56,889 bases of DNA from a virus (Duplodnaviria; Caudoviricetes), in the IMG/VR virus record IMGVR_UViG_3300005805_000108, positions 1 through 56,889 of that record, one strand, 5' to 3'. The notes beneath the pieces are model-generated. The model worked only from the letters and a program-made list of their open reading frames with translations, did no database searches and was not told the origin of the DNA. Both the position numbers and the translations under genes were made by a program. This document shows, in pieces, positions 31,237-41,493 of this stretch (the first letter of the stretch is position 1; every line of letters starts with the position of its first letter).

Positions 31237-34200
31237 TCAAATTATTATTGTATTTACCGCAGTATTTTGAAGGTTCAGTTGTGCTGCAGTAATAGAAGTA
31301 ATAACTTCTACATTGTCAACAGTAGCACAACTAATTAAGATTTCATTTGGAGCTGCAGTGATCTGTTGCAGAGATCCATAAACCTGATCATTGCTAGCAG
31401 GTACAATAATAATACTACTTACATTTGGTGCCATCCCCTGTTGTATATAAGTTGCTAGTTCAGTGAAATAGAAAGTTTCGCCAAAATCCCAATTATCAGT
31501 TGAGAAATATGAATTTATCAGTGCAATTACCTGACTACGAATTTCAGTGTCACTGATACTGATATTACTGTTTTTGATTACTTTGAATATTGCACGTAGT
31601 TCAGGGTTGGCTTTGCTACCAAATAATGGTTTAAACTTTGCTGATTCATAGATAATACTATCACTTACTGCTTTGTATTCTTCTAAGGTGCTTAGTTCTA
31701 CTTGCAATGATTGCCCCGTGGGCACTTCGGGCTCACTGACAGTACCTGTAGTATCTAATAACCATGAACGATATAATTCTTCATATGACTTTGTTAACAC
31801 ATATAAATCTATTAGATTATTTGGTGTAGGATCAATTCTTCTATTTCCAGGGGCATTATGCCTGTATTGAAAATATAGATCAGATCTTCCCACTTCAGCA
31901 AGATAATCATTTGACTCTACCAATGATCTCACATTATTAGTTTCTGTAATTACAAAAAACTTTTCATCAGTGGTAGCATAAAATATTTGTCCCACCACAT
32001 AATTATTAATTAATGGTGTAATGGCAGATTCAACAGTAAAACTGGTGTTAACTAAATCTGTATCAATTGGAGTATAGCTGATAAAACTATTATATCCATA
32101 GGTTTTTTCTAAGAATATATATTTTGTAGTAGGATTAGTTTCAGGATCTACAATATAATCAAACATATCTGGATTATCAGGAACTCCATCATCATTTTTA
32201 TCACTATAGGTAATTAAAACTTTTCCGTTATCCACATAGCCATCAGATTCTACAATTTGATCGTAAATATACCAAACATAATCTTGTTGTAAGGGCAAGG
32301 CAGTATCGGGATCACCATTTGTTTTTAAAACATTTATACTGTCATTAACTGTTAACCCAGTTGCAGGATCAAATATTTTAACTCGATTATCAAAATAAAA
32401 TTTTGTATCATTTACACTGGCAAATACATAGTTAAGACCTCTACTGACCACGGTATATATAGGCCCATTCACAGTAAATCTTAACAACCAACTACTATCA
32501 ATGTTTAATCCGGTGGTTGTACCCTGATTAATTTGACTAAAGTCTGCCGTCGAAATATTTTGTGCAGTGATAATTGCCCAATCTCTGGTGTATTGATCAT
32601 ATCTTAGACCAAATTCTGTATAGTTGCTGATTGCTTCAATTAAAGCCTTTTGTAACGTCAAACTAAAACTATTACTAAATGCAGGGATTACAGTAATTGC
32701 TTGAGCATCGGTTGGGATATTTTCGCTTAAGGTCACTGCACCATTACCATTGGTAAGGACACCTACACTGCCGCTGCCAATTAGTCTTACTATAGATACA
32801 TACAATAAGCTTTTTCCATTTGGTGGCAATTGCCCAGATTCTGGTAAAGCAACAATTTCATTTTTTGCATTGAAGTAATTTCCTGTCCCTGGACTAAAAA
32901 TTACTATACTATTTTCATTCATATATAGTTCATTGCCAGATACTGCACTGCCAATTGGCACTATATCATCGTTACTATTTGTAAAATATCCTGTAGAACT
33001 ACCAGACCCCACAGTGACTCTTTGCCAATATAAATTAGTAAGATTAATTCTATTAAAATTATCATAGTAAAAATGTAGAAGCTGTTTACTTCTAATAATA
33101 GGCAATAGTTGATTTTTAATTATTCGATTTATATCTGCAGTGGTATTCCAGGAAAAAGTTAAAGTTTTTTCTGCATTTTCTTTGTAAATAAGGCCGTCAT
33201 CAGCAAAAATATTTGTGTTAGAGTATTTTCCCGATACATCGGATATATCTAGATATCTACTAATTCCGCTGCTGGTCCTATTCACTGCTTTAATTTTACT
33301 AAGATTACTAAATTGCACATAGGGAAAAATATTATAATCTTCCCCGGTAATCATACGATTTTGTGTGTAATATTGTTGGGGAGCTTTTAGTTTTATCTCA
33401 GATAAACTTTCTCTCGACCTTGCATTGGTCACTGTATATTTTAAACTAGCAACTATGGTAAGAGTTTCAATTCTGTTATTTCTACTCAAATAGGGTATGC
33501 TGATCCCGATGTTTTGCATTTCATCGGGTGTAATACTATAGGTAAGACCTGCACTTTGTCTAAAATAACATCTAAAGGTTCCTCTAGGAATAGCTGCAAA
33601 AGTTCCATCACCAAAAATAAGATTAATTTGATCCCCAGCTTTACTAGCAATCTGATAACTAGTCTTAGGTGCATTATTATTATAGATAATATTAACCCCT
33701 ACTACACTGGGAATCTTATTCCATTCAACTGCTAGTTGCCCTACCGAACTTAATTGATATAACCATATATCAGAATTATTAATATTATTGTAGTCAATGG
33801 CAACACTGTTATTGGGAATACTTTCGGTAATTGAAAAGTCTAAGCTATTTAGGCTTCCCTGTTTAAAATAAAAGAAAAACCCCGTTCCATTACTACCATT
33901 GCCAAGATTATCATTTTGGTAGATTACATTTAATGGTTTGCCCACTGCAGGACTGGATTCATAAATGTATTGTTCATTTACACTGGTTCCGCTTATAACT
34001 TCAAAATCTAATGGACTATTTTCTACCTGAGCACTAAATTTATATACAGGTAAAGTATTTGGAGGTACATTTAAATTGTATTCTAAAGTCTTTATGCCCG
34101 CTAATACATTACTGTTTGCAGGTTTTCCTACTTGTTGATTAACAGGAAGGGCTGCATTAAGAATAGTAACAAATTGTTCGTACCAATTTGGATTTGTAGC

Positions 34201-34638
34201 ATCATTCCAATTTATAATTGCATTACTTAGGTTAATGCCATTGCTATCCACCAGAGATTCAGTTGTTTGTATACTATCGAATTTAATCAAACCACTGGCA
34301 GGTATATTACGTTTAGGTATATAGCTTACTAAACTAGCTAATTTTAATACACTGTCCCTGCGTTCAGCAGTTTCAATAAAATTTTCTCTAGCATTGAGAT
34401 CAGTTCTAAAAGCAAGGTTTTGCCCCAAAAATGCAATTAGATCTATTAGTGCAATATATTCACTGCTTTCTATAAAATCATTAAAATCTTCGGGATAGTA
34501 GAGTCTAAGATAATCTATCATTGCTTTACGCAATGTTTGAAAATCATAGCTTTGAAAATCTGCGTTTTTAAAGCTTTCGTAAATCTTGGTCCAATCTTGA
34601 TTTACTAATAAGCTATTTTGTCTTGTTGTGATAGCCAT
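31237..34638 (-). CDS. gp6: Baseplate wedge subunit, T4 gp6-like
   Basis: DFQTLR, FNDFIESSE, ENFIETAERRDSV..LA..VSY.P, LIFGDG, QNRMITGEDY motifs. Confidence 0.85.
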   Translation of the reverse strand: MAITTRQNSLLVNQDWTKIYESFKNADFQSYDFQTLRKAMIDYLRLYYPEDFNDFIESSEYIALIDLIAFLGQNLAFRTDLNARENFIETAERRDSVLKLASLVSYIPKRNIPASGLIKFDSIQTTESLVDSNGINLSNAIINWNDATNPNWYEQFVTILNAALPVNQQVGKPANSNVLAGIKTLEYNLNVPPNTLPVYKFSAQVENSPLDFEVISGTSVNEQYIYESSPAVGKPLNVIYQNDNLGNGSNGTGFFFYFKQGSLNSLDFSITESIPNNSVAIDYNNINNSDIWLYQLSSVGQLAVEWNKIPSVVGVNIIYNNNAPKTSYQIASKAGDQINLIFGDGTFAAIPRGTFRCYFRQSAGLTYSITPDEMQNIGISIPYLSRNNRIETLTIVASLKYTVTNARSRESLSEIKLKAPQQYYTQNRMITGEDYNIFPYVQFSNLSKIKAVNRTSSGISRYLDISDVSGKYSNTNIFADDGLIYKENAEKTLTFSWNTTADINRIIKNQLLPIIRSKQLLHFYYDNFNRINLTNLYWQRVTVGSGSSTGYFTNSNDDIVPIGSAVSGNELYMNENSIVIFSPGTGNYFNAKNEIVALPESGQLPPNGKSLLYVSIVRLIGSGSVGVLTNGNGAVTLSENIPTDAQAITVIPAFSNSFSLTLQKALIEAISNYTEFGLRYDQYTRDWAIITAQNISTADFSQINQGTTTGLNIDSSWLLRFTVNGPIYTVVSRGLNYVFASVNDTKFYFDNRVKIFDPATGLTVNDSINVLKTNGDPDTALPLQQDYVWYIYDQIVESDGYVDNGKVLITYSDKNDDGVPDNPDMFDYIVDPETNPTTKYIFLEKTYGYNSFISYTPIDTDLVNTSFTVESAITPLINNYVVGQIFYATTDEKFFVITETNNVRSLVESNDYLAEVGRSDLYFQYRHNAPGNRRIDPTPNNLIDLYVLTKSYEELYRSWLLDTTGTVSEPEVPTGQSLQVELSTLEEYKAVSDSIIYESAKFKPLFGSKANPELRAIFKVIKNSNISISDTEIRSQVIALINSYFSTDNWDFGETFYFTELATYIQQGMAPNVSSIIIVPASNDQVYGSLQQITAAPNEILISCATVDNVEVITSITAAQLNLQNTAVNTIII

Positions 34639-34683
34639 GAATTCACCGTTTTAGATATTTATCGGAATTTTTATATACACTGT

Positions 34684-35058
34684 TTATAGTAAATTCAGTG
34701 ATGATGTTTGATTATCAAACTGTAAATTTAAAACATCTCTTTGATTTCTATTAACATAAATTAACTGAATTTCAATTTGAACCCCTCTGTCGTAGGCAGT
34801 AACTACTACATTTTCTGCTACTACTCGAGGATCATTTGCTATAATTCTTTGTATATCTTGAATAATTAAAGTCTTAGCTTCTTCATCTAAGGGTTCAAAA
34901 ATCATATCCCAAATAATAGTGCCAAAATTTGGATTCATGAGCTTTTCGCCCTTACGTATATTAAAATGATTGATCAAATCACGTTTAACTAATTCAAAAT
35001 CAGTGATTCTGAAATTTTTTGTTTTTTCTATTGTACTAAAACCTTTGTAGATAGTCAT
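34684..35058 (-). CDS. gp25: Baseplate wedge subunit gp25-like
   Basis: IRKGEKLMNPNFG...FEP...DPRV signature. Confidence 0.9.
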   Translation of the reverse strand: MTIYKGFSTIEKTKNFRITDFELVKRDLINHFNIRKGEKLMNPNFGTIIWDMIFEPLDEEAKTLIIQDIQRIIANDPRVVAENVVVTAYDRGVQIEIQLIYVNRNQRDVLNLQFDNQTSSLNLL

Positions 35059-35072
35059 GTCTATATTTATTG

Positions 35073-37241
35073 CTAGATTTTACTTTCATTACTGCTAGAC
35101 ACTAATTCAGTCTGTGTCTGACTATACCTACCTAGATTAAAACTTTTAGATACTATGGGATCATTACCAGTCTGGTTCCAAGTTTCCACTCGAGCAAGAC
35201 CAAATTTATGTGTAGCATTGAGGTATCCTGCCACCGCTTCTTTAGACATATCATCAGTGATTAGGCCTTTTTCTTTTAATAATGAATAATTTTGATTTGT
35301 AATATCCTGTGCAGCTTTTTCTTGAGTAGTATCCGTTGAAAGAAATTCATCTAAGCTACTAGGTTTATTATCTCCGCCTATCCAATTGGACGGATTCTGT
35401 AAGTCTGATAATCCTGTGCCGGAACCTTCTTTGAGATATTGTAAACTAACTAACTGATCGCCGGTTAATCTATATTTTCCTACACCGATATTATCAAATG
35501 ATGCATAATCTCCTGTGCTTTGGCTATAGCCTAATTGTGCCAAATATGCCTGTACACTATTATTATCTAAACTACCTATTTCACTAATCGCAGCTGGCTG
35601 TTTGATAAAATTACTCAATGGTGCTTTAAGATTTTGGTCCAGGGGCTGTCTAATAGCCTCGGCAATACCTTTACTGTTGGCAGCCAGAGAATCTATATCA
35701 TTGGCCAAATTAGACAAACCACTGAAACTCACTGTTGGTGTCATACTGACAATTTTTCTAGTAATATTTGTATTTTTATAAGATCTTAGATAAGGTTCAT
35801 GTGTAGGTAATTTAAAATTAATCGATTTAACACTGAAACCTTGCTCCTGCTGCCAAAAGTTTACAAAAGGTTGATTATCCACTGAATAATTTCTTAGATT
35901 TGGTATTGCTATGCTTACTCCCTTAACATCTTTGTATTGATATTGTTTAAGATTTGTAGGGGGAGTGACACTGGGCGAAGCTCCATCACTGTTAAGATAA
36001 ATTTTATTACCTCCCAATAATAAACTTCCGCCAGATTTTAACGCCATATTTGTACTACTCATTAGGCCCAGAGAGTTGCCTTTTATCTGTAATTGCCTAC
36101 CATACAGATTAAAAATTTGACTGGCATTAATTGAAATATTAGGTGATTGCATTTTTATTTCTTTTCTTGCATTTAGATGTAATTTTTCTGCATCTAACAT
36201 AATATTTTTATCTGCATGTAACATGATACTGCCCTGTGTTCTTACAGCAATATCTGCAGCATTGTATATCAGTATGTCTCCCTCTTTAGTAAGTTCTATC
36301 CAACTTTTCCCAGATGCGGTACTGATATAGACAAAACCTTCGGTATCATTCATTATCATCTGATGCCCGGCACTGGTTCTCATTCTGACAAGATTATTTT
36401 TTCCTTCAAAATCGCCGTCATCCATTAAAAAACTGTGTCCACCTAAACGAGTAGTAACTTTGTATGGAGCTGCTTCACTATCAGTTAATTGAGCAGTTTG
36501 TATTTGTCTTTTAATCTGTAAATTTTTACTGGGATCGTTTATAGGTCGGCCTGGAGTGCTAAATCCGTATACTGCGCCAATGGCATCTCGTTGTGTGCTA
36601 CTGGTAATAGCTCCACGTTCTGAATCTGCATCTAATCCCTGATTCCAAAGTTGTAGAGTTCGTGGAATATGCAAGGGCCTTTTATTAACTTTATACCAAT
36701 CAGACTTAAAGGCATTTCTATCGGCTTCATTAAATTCCGCTGCAGGATAAGATTGATTAACATCTACTAGAATTCTAATATTTTCAGGAACACTATTGGG
36801 ATCAATGTTACTAGCAGGTAAGGCTCCTATTCCTGGTACCATGTTTCTGCTTATATTGCTGTTAATACAGGCGAACCAATATCCCGATGATTGACGTTGT
36901 CCCCCGGGAAAACAACATAATACTTCACTACCTATATCAGGAGGAATCATTGACATTCCATAAGTCTGGCTGGTAGTTTCAAAATTATTCAGTTTATTAC
37001 CTGGCTGTCCTAATGTCATACCTAAAAATGGACTGGCATAGGTCACTGGAGTCCAATTTCTAAAAGAATCTGCATCATTACCAAACCCAGGAATAAACAC
37101 GTATAATCTACCATTTCTAAATTCAGTATCTATAGCTCTAACTAGTCCAACATAGATGCCATAACTACTTTGTACAGGCAAATCACTCTTTGTAATATCT
37201 ACAAAGTTGGGTGTCTTAGTTCCGTAATAGGGTGTTGTCAT
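35073..37241 (-). CDS. Baseplate central spike (gp5/VgrG-like) with C-terminal lysozyme-like domain
   Basis: N-terminal OB-fold motifs (GRLYVFIP, PPDIGSEVLC), GHSFLMDD/RTSAGHQ beta-helix repeats, position next to gp25. Confidence 0.75.
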   Translation of the reverse strand: MTTPYYGTKTPNFVDITKSDLPVQSSYGIYVGLVRAIDTEFRNGRLYVFIPGFGNDADSFRNWTPVTYASPFLGMTLGQPGNKLNNFETTSQTYGMSMIPPDIGSEVLCCFPGGQRQSSGYWFACINSNISRNMVPGIGALPASNIDPNSVPENIRILVDVNQSYPAAEFNEADRNAFKSDWYKVNKRPLHIPRTLQLWNQGLDADSERGAITSSTQRDAIGAVYGFSTPGRPINDPSKNLQIKRQIQTAQLTDSEAAPYKVTTRLGGHSFLMDDGDFEGKNNLVRMRTSAGHQMIMNDTEGFVYISTASGKSWIELTKEGDILIYNAADIAVRTQGSIMLHADKNIMLDAEKLHLNARKEIKMQSPNISINASQIFNLYGRQLQIKGNSLGLMSSTNMALKSGGSLLLGGNKIYLNSDGASPSVTPPTNLKQYQYKDVKGVSIAIPNLRNYSVDNQPFVNFWQQEQGFSVKSINFKLPTHEPYLRSYKNTNITRKIVSMTPTVSFSGLSNLANDIDSLAANSKGIAEAIRQPLDQNLKAPLSNFIKQPAAISEIGSLDNNSVQAYLAQLGYSQSTGDYASFDNIGVGKYRLTGDQLVSLQYLKEGSGTGLSDLQNPSNWIGGDNKPSSLDEFLSTDTTQEKAAQDITNQNYSLLKEKGLITDDMSKEAVAGYLNATHKFGLARVETWNQTGNDPIVSKSFNLGRYSQTQTELVSSSNESKI

Positions 37242-37247
37242 TGTTCT

Positions 37248-40181
37248 TTAACCAAAAGGAAGATTATTTATATCGCCTAAAAATGATATATCAGTACCTA
37301 TATCAAGGTTTAAATTATTAATATCGCCCAATGCTGTGGCATCCACTTCTGTAGGTAAGTTATTGTTATACCAGCCGCCCCACGCACCTTGATCGAAATC
37401 ACTTATACTACTATAATCATTTAAATTTGTTATGGGTGCTGCGGTTGTATTTAATACTGTATCTTTGAGGTCTGCTATTTTATCGCCTAGTACCTTAATA
37501 CTGTCCCCAAAAGTCTTAGATAAATTATCACTGATTGTTTTTGTAATTGCAGTGGTGCCTAATTGCATGGCCATGCCCGATAAACTACCTAACGCAGAAG
37601 ATCCATTGGTTATCTGATTAGCAGCGGCAAGAACACTAGATGATGCATTTACTGCAGACTGCTGTGCGTTTAATGCTGCGCTGGCTTGGCCTATTAGGCT
37701 ACTAGTGGATCTTACTGGTGCATTTTGAAAACTGGCATTTCTAGAATAGTTAACGTTCTTAATGGACTGTAACAAATTTTCTGCTCTGTTACGATTTTGT
37801 GTGAGATCATTATCTAAATTTGTTAGTTGTTCTAAAGTCTGTATTGGTGCTCGAACAATGTCTAATACCTGTTCAAATTTGCCACGATAAAAAATGTTCT
37901 CAACTTCTACTACTTTATATATTCCACTATAAAGATTGTTAGTAAATGGACCTAAATTAGGAATAGCTAAACCTGTTTCGTCATCATAATCCACTGGACT
38001 ATTAATATTAACTCGTACAGTTAATTCCCCGTTATCCATCCAAAAACTACCGCCGGGAAATATTCTAGCTTGACTGCCCTTATACCAATAACTATTATAA
38101 AGCACATCATCCTGTTTTATAAAATCGGGATCGCCTATAATACGCATTCTAAGATTAATCATATCCCCACGTGAAGAAAGATTGAAAGAATCTGCTATAC
38201 TAGCGGCAATTTGTTTTTTATCCTGATTACCTGAGGTAATTCCATAATTAATTTGCCCTGCAGTAGTATAATGAGGAACAGGCATGAGTTTATCACTGAT
38301 AAAACTGTTTGTATCGCGATTAGATAAATTCGTATTAGAATTTCCATCCGTTGCTGTTACTACATAGGGATTTAATTCACTGCCTGTATCGACATAATCA
38401 GTTTGATTACGTTTTAATGGTAGACTAAAATAATATAACATATTAAAATCTATATTTAGATCTAATACATCTTTATTCTGTCCCGTAAATAGATAATTAT
38501 AGGTTTTTGCCTGACCAGTGGGTAATCCATTGGACGCCCATGGATGTTTATTTGCGTAAATTTTGTATGGTACTACATAGTAAGTAGTTTCAGTAGCATA
38601 GCTTCTTCTGAATTTATCGTATTTTGTCTTATCTACTTTTACTCTTGGTATAATTTTATACCATCCCAATGGTTTGCGTCTATCATCGGTTGATGGATTT
38701 GTTTTAATTTGTCGTATAAAGTATTCACTATTTCTAACTGCAAATTCAATTAATTTATCAATAATTGTACCTGCTGCTACTACTACAGATCCTGCTTGCC
38801 AATTAATGCTATTAGCACTTTTTCCGCCCTGTGCCAACAGTACCTTGGCCTGAGATAAAGCTTCATTGGCTGCAGCCTGTATACTGTTATTAATATCACC
38901 TTCACTCCATAACGTAGTCTCACCAATAATTTTATCAAAGACAACATTAATTGTGTCAGGATATTCTATCTGTTTATCTTTAGCTGCCTGTCTTTGCCAT
39001 TCATTATATGCTGCACAAAAACCGGTTATTTCAAAATTTTCTGTTTTCAAACTTGCAGATAGTGTAGCAATTGCAGTATCAACTGAATCATTATTAATAG
39101 GTCCACCAAGAGAATTAATATCGTATTGTCCAGTATTGAATAATTGATTCGCTCTACGTTCTTCTAACAAACTTTTTAATGATCGTTCTCGTTGTAATCT
39201 TGTCTGTACAGTTTGTTGAAATGATGAAGAAGTATTAATCGACGAATCGCCAAATAAATCCTTTACTTTTTTTGCCTTAATTTTAAATTCTGCTGGACTA
39301 ACATTATTGGCTGTGTTTAATGCTCTATGCCAATAGGGAACAAACCCTATTGTATATTCTGCACCTTTTGAAGTTATTCTACTTTTTATTTCTGTAAAAA
39401 TTACCGGAAATAATTTAGTTAATTCATTTACCTTAACAGGATTATTTTCTCCAGACACTGATTCATCTACCATGGCAAAAAAATCAATTTGCATCATGTA
39501 GGGTGTCATAAGGTATGTACCACCAGGATTTAAATCATTTGCAGTTTCTACCAAACGATTAATTAATGTAAACCCATTTGGTTCTATAATAGTCATTGAA
39601 CCTTCTACTGCATTAGTGCCTCTATATACCTTAGTAGGACTAATAACTGTGCGTATTTTTACTTCATCGAAATAAAAATCTTCCTTCCAATAAGGATGTC
39701 GTTCTCTTGCTGCCATACTACGAGAATCGCCGGTATTGATAGATGATTGAGCATTCTTTTTATAATCGAATCGTCCTCCTGAACTTATTAAGACATTTTG
39801 TGGTACATAGGCAAAAGGTTTAGATTCATCTAATGCATTCTGTCCAAGAATAACATCCAAGGTATCCATTTTAAGCATATGTAAACTTATATTATAGGTA
39901 TAAGTGGAATATTCTAATAGAGGATTAGGAGTTGGAGTATACAAAGGATCAGGAGTAAGACTAGGCGATCCCCATTCGAAGTCTCTAGATCCTACTACTA
40001 CTGTGGGTTTACCACCAGGACGAAATACAGTGGCCTCAGATTGAGGACTTTGACCAACAATATTCAACGCTGCTTGTTCGCCTGCATCGGGTGTTGGCAG
40101 GGTAATTTCTGTTCTAGTTACTGCGATGGGTCTTAGAGGATCGCCTGTAGCTTCATCTATAGTTACAGTTTTAGTAGCCAT
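37248..40181 (-). CDS. Baseplate hub protein (gp27-like)
   Basis: MTIIEPNG, IIGDPDFI, YSGIYKVVEVENIF..GKFEQ.L motifs; directly upstream of the spike gene. Confidence 0.6.
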   Translation of the reverse strand: MATKTVTIDEATGDPLRPIAVTRTEITLPTPDAGEQAALNIVGQSPQSEATVFRPGGKPTVVVGSRDFEWGSPSLTPDPLYTPTPNPLLEYSTYTYNISLHMLKMDTLDVILGQNALDESKPFAYVPQNVLISSGGRFDYKKNAQSSINTGDSRSMAARERHPYWKEDFYFDEVKIRTVISPTKVYRGTNAVEGSMTIIEPNGFTLINRLVETANDLNPGGTYLMTPYMMQIDFFAMVDESVSGENNPVKVNELTKLFPVIFTEIKSRITSKGAEYTIGFVPYWHRALNTANNVSPAEFKIKAKKVKDLFGDSSINTSSSFQQTVQTRLQRERSLKSLLEERRANQLFNTGQYDINSLGGPINNDSVDTAIATLSASLKTENFEITGFCAAYNEWQRQAAKDKQIEYPDTINVVFDKIIGETTLWSEGDINNSIQAAANEALSQAKVLLAQGGKSANSINWQAGSVVVAAGTIIDKLIEFAVRNSEYFIRQIKTNPSTDDRRKPLGWYKIIPRVKVDKTKYDKFRRSYATETTYYVVPYKIYANKHPWASNGLPTGQAKTYNYLFTGQNKDVLDLNIDFNMLYYFSLPLKRNQTDYVDTGSELNPYVVTATDGNSNTNLSNRDTNSFISDKLMPVPHYTTAGQINYGITSGNQDKKQIAASIADSFNLSSRGDMINLRMRIIGDPDFIKQDDVLYNSYWYKGSQARIFPGGSFWMDNGELTVRVNINSPVDYDDETGLAIPNLGPFTNNLYSGIYKVVEVENIFYRGKFEQVLDIVRAPIQTLEQLTNLDNDLTQNRNRAENLLQSIKNVNYSRNASFQNAPVRSTSSLIGQASAALNAQQSAVNASSSVLAAANQITNGSSALGSLSGMAMQLGTTAITKTISDNLSKTFGDSIKVLGDKIADLKDTVLNTTAAPITNLNDYSSISDFDQGAWGGWYNNNLPTEVDATALGDINNLNLDIGTDISFLGDINNLPFG

Positions 40182-40184
40182 AAA

Positions 40185-40484
40185 TTATCCTAAAAGATTT
40201 TGTAAAGTATCTTTTCTTGGTAAAAAAATAATTTTACCTATTGTCATATCAAATACCGGATCTTTAATTGCATTAGGATTTCTTGCAGCAAATACCCACC
40301 AAAGATCTGCAGTACCATAAAGATCTGCTGCTAATAAATCGGGCCTATATTGATAAGTTTTATTAATTGTTAAGGTAACATCTTCCTCTGTTGCAGGAAC
40401 AACAGGAAGATTAGCTACATCAAGATAAGTTCCAAATAATTCTGTTTTACTGTAGGGGCTATATCTACCATATTCCAAAGCCAT
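40185..40484 (-). CDS. Baseplate wedge gp53-like (LysM-like) protein
   Basis: YRPDLLAADLYG..LWWVFA.RNP motif; start moved to MALEYG just past the upstream stop. Confidence 0.8.
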   Translation of the reverse strand: MALEYGRYSPYSKTELFGTYLDVANLPVVPATEEDVTLTINKTYQYRPDLLAADLYGTADLWWVFAARNPNAIKDPVFDMTIGKIIFLPRKDTLQNLLG

Positions 40485-40485
40485 A

Positions 40486-41397
40486 TTAGATAAATCCTCC
40501 ACTTATAGCACCCGATGTTCCAACTTTGCTTAATAATTGTCCTCGTGCAAACCCCTGAAGAGTAAAATTATTAGCAATATTTTGTCTACTGTAAACAGGT
40601 TGTAGTACCACAGTAAGTTGACTGGTAGTGGGCAATCTCACAACATTTTGTGCTTGTAAATTAATTGCGTTACCTGCTTGATTATTTAAGTTTACACCCA
40701 CTGGTATTTCAATATAGTCTGAATCAGAATTCATTTGATGTGTGAATTGGGTTACAACACAGCTAACATTAGGAAAATACATAGTGCCATAGCCATTTAG
40801 GTACACCAATGGTGGTGGTGCTCCTGCAAATTGATCTTTGCCATAAAACATTTTAGTAACAGATCTAAAGAAATGAATAACTGCCAGTAAATATTGTCCC
40901 TCTTGAATATTTTGTACAGTAAAATCTCCCGATATATTAATTGATTGTACCTCACTGTTTTCATAAAAATAACTGCTATAGTTACTATGAGTAGGAGTTG
41001 CAGTACTATATTTGGCATTATGTGTGACTGTAATTTGCGGAGTATAAGGAAAAATCACTCCAGACGTCTGTCTTAAAGGTTCTAAAATTAAATTTGTTGG
41101 ATCATTATAGAATAGTTTTGCCAAGGCAGGCTGCAGACTAACTCTAACTCGCCAGTCGTCTTCTGACTTAAATACAGAAGTACTACTAGGCACAAAAAGG
41201 CTATTTAAAATAGATCCTCTCAAACTGTCAAAACTAGGTAGCGCCCCTGGATTCACCCCAGCGCTGGCTAACCTTGCGCTAGTGGGGTCGCCGACTGGGC
41301 TTATTCCGTTTTGTGGATTAGAGCTGTAACCGGTTTGTTGTGCACCATTGCTTAAATAGTTGTCTGAGCTTCTTGCCAAAGAGGTATTTAGATTCAT
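40486..41397 (-). CDS. Baseplate/tail-tube junction protein (gp48/gp54-like)
   Basis: FPYTP, F.RSVTKM, GAPPP.VYL.GYG, CVVTQF motifs; position before gp53-like gene. Confidence 0.6.
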   Translation of the reverse strand: MNLNTSLARSSDNYLSNGAQQTGYSSNPQNGISPVGDPTSARLASAGVNPGALPSFDSLRGSILNSLFVPSSTSVFKSEDDWRVRVSLQPALAKLFYNDPTNLILEPLRQTSGVIFPYTPQITVTHNAKYSTATPTHSNYSSYFYENSEVQSINISGDFTVQNIQEGQYLLAVIHFFRSVTKMFYGKDQFAGAPPPLVYLNGYGTMYFPNVSCVVTQFTHQMNSDSDYIEIPVGVNLNNQAGNAINLQAQNVVRLPTTSQLTVVLQPVYSRQNIANNFTLQGFARGQLLSKVGTSGAISGGFI

Positions 41398-41402
41398 ACA
41401 AT

Positions 41403-41410
41403 TATTTATA
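41403..41410 (-). promoter_or_regulatory. Canonical T4-type late promoter TATAAATA
   Basis: Exact TATAAATA on - strand, 5 nt before the ATG of the first gene of the baseplate operon. Confidence 0.7.
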
Positions 41411-41436
41411 TAAAAAAATCAAGGGGTTTTTTGCCT

Positions 41437-41465
41437 TTGTATTGACTTAGACTGATTAATATGCT
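41437..41465 (+). promoter_or_regulatory. Candidate sigma70-type promoter for gp55
   Basis: TTGTAT-17 nt-TATGCT; an overlapping TTGACT-17 nt-TAAAAA is an alternative. Confidence 0.45.
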
Positions 41466-41493
41466 AAAAAGTAACATAATAGGAGATTAAAAA

